The notes under the pieces are model-generated. The model was given only the letters and a program-made list of their open reading frames with translations. It did no database searches and had not been told where the DNA came from. This document shows, in pieces, positions 56,720-64,000 of a DNA stretch of 64,000 nt. This DNA comes from Octopus vulgaris (taxonomy: Eukaryota): the NCBI GenBank assembly GCA_951406725.2, contig OX597842.1, positions 24,800,001-24,864,000 of the forward strand. The letters are read 5' to 3'. The position numbers were made by a program, and so were the translations under genes. Every line of letters starts with the position of its first letter. Position 1 is the stretch's first letter.

Positions 56720-57135
56720 TTTAACCCTTTCGTTACCAACCCGGCTGAAACCGGCTCTGGCTCTAAGTACAAATGTTTAGTTTTCATAAGTTTATGTTCC
56801 TAACACCAGCTGAATGATAACTAAGTTATTTTACTAAATTCTTTGTTATATTTAACCCTTTAGTGTTCAGATTATTCTATCAAACATAATGCTTATTGAT
56901 TCCCATTGATTTGAATTAATCATGCATTATCTCATATCTTCAAGATCTTGATGGTGCAATTACTTAATGTAGAATAACATTGTAGGGTAGGTGTGAGAGC
57001 CCGGATCTGGTCAGTTTGAACATAAAACAGATTAGATATTTTGGCTGGATATGGCCGGTTTAAATACTAAAGGGTTAAAGTAATTGAAAGAAACACAGAG
57101 CGTCTCAAAATAAATACAGTAATGAAAGGGGTTAA
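56720..57135. mobile_element. piggyBac-like MITE with a second TTAA-targeting MITE nested (about 56852-57078)
   Basis: Both are bounded by TTAACCCTTT ... AAAGGGTTAA-like ends. Confidence 0.7.
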
Positions 57136-57597
57136 CATCCATCATCATCATCATTTAACATCTGCTTTCCATGATGGCATGGGTTGGATGGTTTGATAGG
57201 AGCTGACTAGGTAGAAGACTACACCAGGTTTCTGTGTCTGTTTTGGCATGGTTTTTATGACTGGATGCTCTTCCTAACACCAACCACCCCACAGAGTGAA
57301 CTCAATGCTCTTTATATGGCACCATCACAGATGAGGTCTGTCTTGGCATGGGTTTAGAGCTGGATGCCCTTCCTAACACCAACCACCCAGCAGAATGGAC
57401 TCAATGCTCTTTATATGGCACCATCACAGATGAGGTCTGTCTTGGCATGGGTTTTAGAGCTGGATGCCCTTCCAAATGCCAACCACTTTACAATGTGGAC
57501 TGAGTGCTTTTTACATGGCACCAGCACAGGCGAGATCAGTTTTGTATTGAAAAATAAAAATTTATTTTATGGTTTGTTATTGTTTATATTTTGAATT

Positions 57598-58950
57598 ACT
57601 CTTTTACTTGTTTCAGTCATTTGACTGCGGCCATGCTGGAGCACCGCCTTTTAGTTGAGCAAATCGACCCCAGGACTTATTCTTTGAAAGCCTAGTACTT
57701 ATTCTGTCGGTCTCTTTCGCCGAACCGCTAAGTTACGGGGATGTAAACACACCAGCATCGGTTGACAAGCACAGACACACAAATACACACACACATATAC
57801 AATGGGCTTCTTTCAATTTCCATCAACCAAATCCACTCACAAGGCTTTAGTCAGCCTGGGGCTATAGTAGAAGACACTTGCCCTAGGTACCACAACCCAG
57901 AACCATGTGGTTAGGAAGCAAGCTTCTTACCACAGCCATCCCTGTGCCTATATGCATATATCAGTCATTTGACTGCGGCCATGCTGGAGCACCGCCTTTT
58001 AGTCGAGCAAATCAACCATCAACCCCAGGACTTATTCTTTGTAAGTCTAGTACTTATTCTATCGGTCTCTTGGGGGGGACAAACACAGACACGCAAACAT
58101 ACACACACATACATATAAACTTGTATTTGTACTTGTGGCGACATTCACCCTGGGCGGGTTGAGTCGGCTTCTTCTACCACCCTCGAGTCATCTCGAACCA
58201 TGGCAGTGGAAGAAGTTTCGTGGGAATATGAATTTCACAAGCAGTCCCCAACAGTCCTGCATGTAGAGACATCCTGTTTGCTGCAGATTGTCCGCAGACG
58301 CAGGGACAGAACGACCGAGGAGCCGCCGGTTGCCGAAACAGACACTCTGAAGATTTTCACCAGAGCCCCGTCTGCCGGGTTGTGGCCCTAATACCACTCG
58401 GTGTCAGACCAATCCGTCTTGGGTGGCCCTACCAGGAACCAAAGTTCCCGACGGCACAGCTCTGACACTACCTGTTGCCAGTGTCCCTGCCACGGTGAGG
58501 AGGGGATGGATTTTGGGGACGCATATATATATATATATACACATATATACATGCAACGGGCTTCTTTCAGTTTCTGTCTACCAAATCTGCTCACGAGGCT
58601 TTGGTCGGCCCGAGGCTATAGTAGAAGACATTTGCCCAAGGTGCCACGCTGTGGGAATGAACCTGGAACCTATTTCTTTATTACCCACAAGGGGCTAAAC
58701 ACAGAGGGGACAAACAAGGACAGACATAGGTATTAAGTTGATTACATCGACCCCAGTGCGTAACTGGTACTTAATTTATCGACCCCGAAAGGATGAAAGG
58801 CAAAGTCGACCTCGGCGGAATTTGAACTCAGAACGTAACGGCAGACGAAATACCGCCAAGCATTTCGCCCAGCGTGCTAATGTTTCTGCCAGCTCGCCAC
58901 CTTATTTGAACCTGGAACCATGTGGTTCTACCACACAGCCACTCCTATGC
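57598..58950 (-). mobile_element. SINE A copies interrupted by a probable RTE 5' region (58125-58522, +) and a SINE B (58668-58902)
   Basis: Family matches; the GC-rich insert contains CCCTACCAGG..CCGACGGCACAGCTCT, recalled as RTE 5' UTR-like. Confidence 0.6.
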
Positions 58951-59159
58951 TTATGAACTTTTCAGCTGACTGGAGTCAATTTGTTTGGGTAAAATCCTTC
59001 AAGGCAGTGCTCCAGCATGACCATGATCCACTGACCGAAGCGAGTGAAAGATAAAAGATGTAGCTCAATAGGAGTAGACCTGGGCCTGGGGTTAAATAAA
59101 CAATAGCAATAAGCTACATCTTTGAACATATGCCAACAGGACAGGAGCTGGCCAGGCAC

Positions 59160-60905
59160 TATACCACCACCACAACCACTACTGCCTCTACTACTACTAC
59201 TACCACCACCACCACAACCACTACTACTACCACCACAACCACTACTGCCTCTACTACTACTACTACCACCACCACAGCCACTACTGTCTCTACTACTACT
59301 ACCACCACTACAACTACTACTACTGTTACCACCACCACCACTTCTACTACTACCACCACCACCACTACCAAAAGCGTTAGGACTAGGGACTAAACAACAG
59401 CAGTTACTACCACCACCACAACCACTACTGCCTCTACTACCACCACCACCACTACTGCCTCTACTACTACTACTACCACCACCACTACTGCCTCTACTAC
59501 TACCACCACCACAACCACTACTACTGTTACCACCACCACCACCACTTCTACTACTACTACCACCACCAACACTACCAAAATCGTTAGGACTAGGGACTAA
59601 ACAACAGCAGTTACTAACCACTTCCACAACAACTACTACTACTACAACTACTACCACCACCACTACTACTATCACAACGATGACGACGACCACTACTATT
59701 GCTATAACAACTACTACTACCTCTACTACTACTAATGCTTATACTACCTGGAGTTAAAACAGTACTACAACCACCACCACCACCACCACTACCACCGCAA
59801 CAATAACAACTACTACTAGAATCAGAGAAAGTACAGAGAAAGAGCAATGAAATTCCTTCAAATGATAAAATAGCGTCTTTCTTTGAAAATAAAAATGGAA
59901 GGACGCCTTTAGGGTTTGTAAATCCAGGGAAAAACAAAGAAAAACCTAAAACCGAAGGTGAGATGGTCCGGGCGAGACCGTCTTTGATCGTCATAAAGAA
60001 GATTTTGCTCGGTTTGGGTTGACCTGTGGCTAAACAACAACTACGTCTGTTGTATCTGCTATTACCGCTACTCCTCCTACCACGCTGCTGCTACTACTGC
60101 TGCTTCTGCTGCCGCCACCACCACCGCCGCCGCTGCCATCACCACCACCACCATCTCCACTACTGTTACTGCTTCTGCCACCACCACCACCGCCACTGCC
60201 ACCACCACCACCACCACTACTACTGTCACTGCTTCTACTTGCCAACACCGCTGTCGCCGTCGTCGACTTCAGCAGCAGTAGGAGTAGTAGTAGTAGTAGT
60301 GGTGGTGTGATCGTCTCCGCCGTCGCCATCGTCATTAGCATCGTCGTCGTCGTCATCCCCCTCCTCCTCCTACTCATCATCATCAGCAGATACAGTAGTA
60401 GTAGTAATAGCAATATCGCCATCAGTAGTAGTGGTAGCAGTAGTAGTATTAAACTCATCACCACCACCATCATCATCATCATCAGCAGCAGATATAGTAG
60501 TAGTAGTAATAGTAAACATCAACAGCATCATTATTATCATCAGAGACAGCAGCAGTAGTTGTAGTAGTAATAATAGTAGCAATCGTCGTCGTCATGGTAT
60601 CTTCGTCACCACCACCACAACCATCATCATCATCCTCATTAGCCGCAGATAGTGTAGTAATAATATGACCACCACCACCACCACCACCACCACCATCATC
60701 ATCATCATTAGCAGCAGATATAGTAGTGACAGTAAGACCACCGCCACCACCACCACCATCATCACCACTGTGAGGTGTAGTAGTAGTAGTAGTATCATCG
60801 CTTCACCACCTCCACCCATATCACCATCATCACCACCATCATCATCACTACCAGCAGCACCACTAGCAGTAGCACTTATAGTGGTGGTGGTGGTGGTGGT
60901 GGTGA
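59160..60905. repeat. Compound ACT/ACC/ATC/AGT trinucleotide low-complexity region with a unique island at 59820-60060
   Basis: Direct reading; internal duplication of CGTTAGGACTAGGGACTAAACAACAGCAG at about 59375 and 59582. Confidence 0.85.
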
Positions 60906-60968
60906 CGATGGTGCCGTGCCGCCGCCTTCGCCCTCACGTGAATATGCCTAGCAAAACGTATCGCTTAC

Positions 60969-61033
60969 CATCGTCGACCAATCAAATGGCTGTATTGTCG
61001 AGAATGGGACAAATTGTTTGAACGGGAGTCATA
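60969..61033 (-). other. Candidate 65-nt exon of a minus-strand transcript
   Basis: Branch-like CTGAC, pyrimidine tract CTACTTCCCCCTCCTCCCTGTCAG, open frame YDSRSNNLSHSRQYSHLIGRR, donor ATG|GTAAGC. Confidence 0.3.
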
Positions 61034-61111
61034 CTGACAGGGAGGAGGGGGAAGTAGGTCAGTGATATGGCTATGAGAGATTTGTTATTAAGACCTGCTG
61101 TTAGAGAGCTT

Positions 61112-61860
61112 GATAGATAGATAGATAGATAGATATACAGATAGAGAAATAGATAGATAGATATATAGACAGATAGATAGATAGATAGATACATAGATAG
61201 ACAGATACACAGATAGAGAAATAGATAGACAGGTTCACAGATGGATAGATAGATAGACATAGAGATAGATTCACAGATAGATAGAGAAATAGATAGACAG
61301 ACAGACGGATACAGACATAGATAGACAGATACAGAAATAGATAGATGGATATATAAATAGATAGACAGGTTCACAGATAGATAGACTAACAGATTCAGAG
61401 ATAGATATATAGATAGATAGCCAAACAGATTCAGAGATAGAGAGACAGATTCATAGATAGATAGATAGAGAAATAGATAGACAGACGGATACAGAAATAG
61501 ATAGACAGGTTCACAGATAGATAGATAGATAGACAGACAGATAGACAAACAGATTCAGAGATAGAGTGACAGATTCACAGATAAATAGATAGATAAGGAG
61601 ACATAGAGATAGAAATAGAAACGGAGGGAAATAAATAGGTAGATAGAATGGAGAGAGATAGAGATAGTGATAGGCAGAACAGAATAGATAGAGTGAGATA
61701 TATGGGAAGACAAGGAGAGATAGGTGGACAGATACAACTTGACTGAGGGAGATAAATAGATAAATAGCTTGATAGACAGCGGGAGATAAGATAGATAGAT
61801 TGATAGAATATACAGATAAATAGATAGATTAGATAGATAGGGTAAATAGAGGGAGATAGA
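61112..61860. repeat. Degenerate (GATA)n tract
   Basis: Direct reading. Confidence 0.9.
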
Positions 61861-62505
61861 TAAAATACTAAACGAAAGAGTGGGAGATGGTAGATAGATA
61901 AAGAGAGATAAGTGGAGAAAGGGAAGAGAGAGTGAGAGAATTATAGTGTGTATTATATATAGAAATATTAAAAGATAAAAATAAGATAGCAAACGCATAT
62001 ATATGTGTTTATATTTATATATATATATATATGTGTGTGTGTAAGGGGCAGAGAGAAACAGAACGAATACGGGAGAATAGATAGGGAAGCAGAAGAGGAA
62101 GAGATAAAGTGATTGAATTGAGTGAGGGTTATATAACCAGGAAGAGCTGGAAGCCACTTGAATGAAGGTTACCTGTGTATATATATATGCGTGTGTGTGT
62201 GTGTGTGTGTGAAAAGAGAGAGAATAGGGAAAATACGGAGAACGAATTGAGTGAAGGTAATAAATCGAGAAGGATAGGAGTGATAGAAAGAAAGAAAGTG
62301 ACAGAGAGAGAGAGTGAGAATTAAGTAGGTGTTGTGTGTAGAGTGAAAGCTATGAAGAGAACGACGTGAGTGAAGGTTATATGTCGAGGGTGGAAGATAT
62401 GGGAAACGAGAGAGGGAGGAAGGAAGATATGAGTTACAAAGCGGAAGAAACCATATGAGTGAAGGTTATATATATATATGTATACATGTATGTGTGTATG
62501 TTATG

Positions 62506-62571
<66 letters not shown>

Positions 62572-64000
62572 GTATAATACATACAGACATATATAAGGGA
62601 AAAAGGTGGAAGATATAAAAAAAAGAGTTTCGAGTGACGGTTATATGTCAAGGAGAGTTGGCGCTATTTGAGTGATGGCTCTCGATATATATATGTGAGA
62701 AGGGACATTGGAAAGGTAGATAGGGTAACATGAGTGAAGATGTATATATATATATATGAAAGAGATAGAAAGAGTGAGAGTTATAGCAACACGAATAAGA
62801 GTGAGAGTGAGAGAGTGATGTGAGTAAAGGTTATATGTCGAAACGAGACAGTGGGTAATATACAAAGAGAAGGAGAGAGATGTGAGTTTTATTGAGCAAT
62901 TTGAGTGAAGGTTATTATATATAAATTTGACATGGACACATGGTCTGAAATTCAGCGAGGGTAGTCTACGGGATTGAAACAATCCCAGTACTTGCTGGAT
63001 AATTTATTTTATCGACCTCAGAAAGAATGAAGGGCAAAGTTAACCCTCAGCTGGATTGAACCCAAAATTTGAACATGTGCCTCAGCCCATAAAACATTCG
63101 GATAGTGGAACGAATTTCGATTAACGTTGAGAGCTGGAGACCCTTTGTGGGAAGGGAAAAAAAGGAAAAGAATAATTTCACTTTACGACGGAAGTTTGTG
63201 CCCGTAACGCGAAGCCCTCTTTTCTTCGTTATTCCATTGTTAAAAAGAGTTATTAAAATTTTTTTCTTTACCGACGTAGAAAAATATCACTAATTGCCTC
63301 GGATTAAACTATATAAATTATATTTCAATGGAAGGACAGAAGGAAACTGTAAGAGAAAGGGAGAGGGTATGAGGAACTATGAAAAGATGAGCTGGTATTT
63401 GGCACCAGGCTACCTTAGTCCACTGAGCTGGACTGAGATCAAAGACATTGTAGCCATGACCATCTCGCCTTTTTAGGGGTCATATAGAACACACATCTAT
63501 CGAAGATCTCTTTTTGTTTTCTCTCTCTCTCTCGAAACGACGGATGTGATTTGAAGATTTTGCTGCTATTTCTAGCACAGAATAGGGGCCCTTTTACCCT
63601 CTACAAATAGGGAAGTAGTGCGTAGTTTAGAGTTGGGGGAAGGAAAAGCTGATAGAAAGAAAGACCACACATAAACATACAGATGTCGCACACACACATA
63701 TATATATATACTATGTCTATTATCTTACATATTGAGTATGCTTTTTTCTGCCTTATGAGATCTTAGACAAGTATACATAGTTTGAGTGTGGGTGGTAGAT
63801 ATAAAGACAGCGCCAAAGTGTGTTAAAAATTGTGTGTGTATATGTGTATGTATGCGTGTATATATATATATATATATACATACAAACACACAAGTATATA
63901 TACAACTATATATGTATATATATATATATATACATATATAGTTGTATATATACTTATTTATATATAATATCTACTGACATATACATATATATATATATAC

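Noticed and set aside
58125-58420. Possible HDV-like ribozyme at a putative RTE 5' end
   Set aside because: I could not assemble the nested double pseudoknot by eye; it needs a descriptor search.
58962-59994. Loricrin-like Gly/Ser/Cys-rich minus-strand ORFs
   Set aside because: The composition follows from ACC/ACT/ACA repeats, the frames are discontinuous, and one ends in a SINE tail.

Overview
Eukaryotic, extremely repeat-rich DNA whose SINE and microsatellite content looks like an Octopus (coleoid cephalopod) genome; this assignment is from recalled repeat sequences, not a search. There is no long intact CDS, and almost all entries in the ORF track are translations of microsatellites or SINEs. 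The window contains four tRNA-headed SINE families (called A-D here), LINE fragments (RTE, RTE-X, CR1/L2-group, possible L1/Tx1), a Tc1/mariner 5' fragment, many non-autonomous DNA elements with GGATC-starting TIRs and 8-bp TSDs (Merlin-like), two non-autonomous Helitrons, piggyBac-like MITEs, a 29 x 113-bp satellite grown inside a MITE, and a 1-kb degenerate TTAGGG array. Most notable: (1) seven minimal hammerhead-ribozyme-like motifs of several types in Penelope-like inverted-repeat remnants, some with stem covariation; (2) a candidate small spliced + strand gene (all phase-1 junctions, one frameshift needed) with weak MIF/DDT-like resemblance; (3) repeated long (90-130 bp) direct duplications flanking MITE and SINE insertions; (4) a recurrent SINE dimer with a fixed junction. 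All coordinates were counted by eye and may be off by a few bases.
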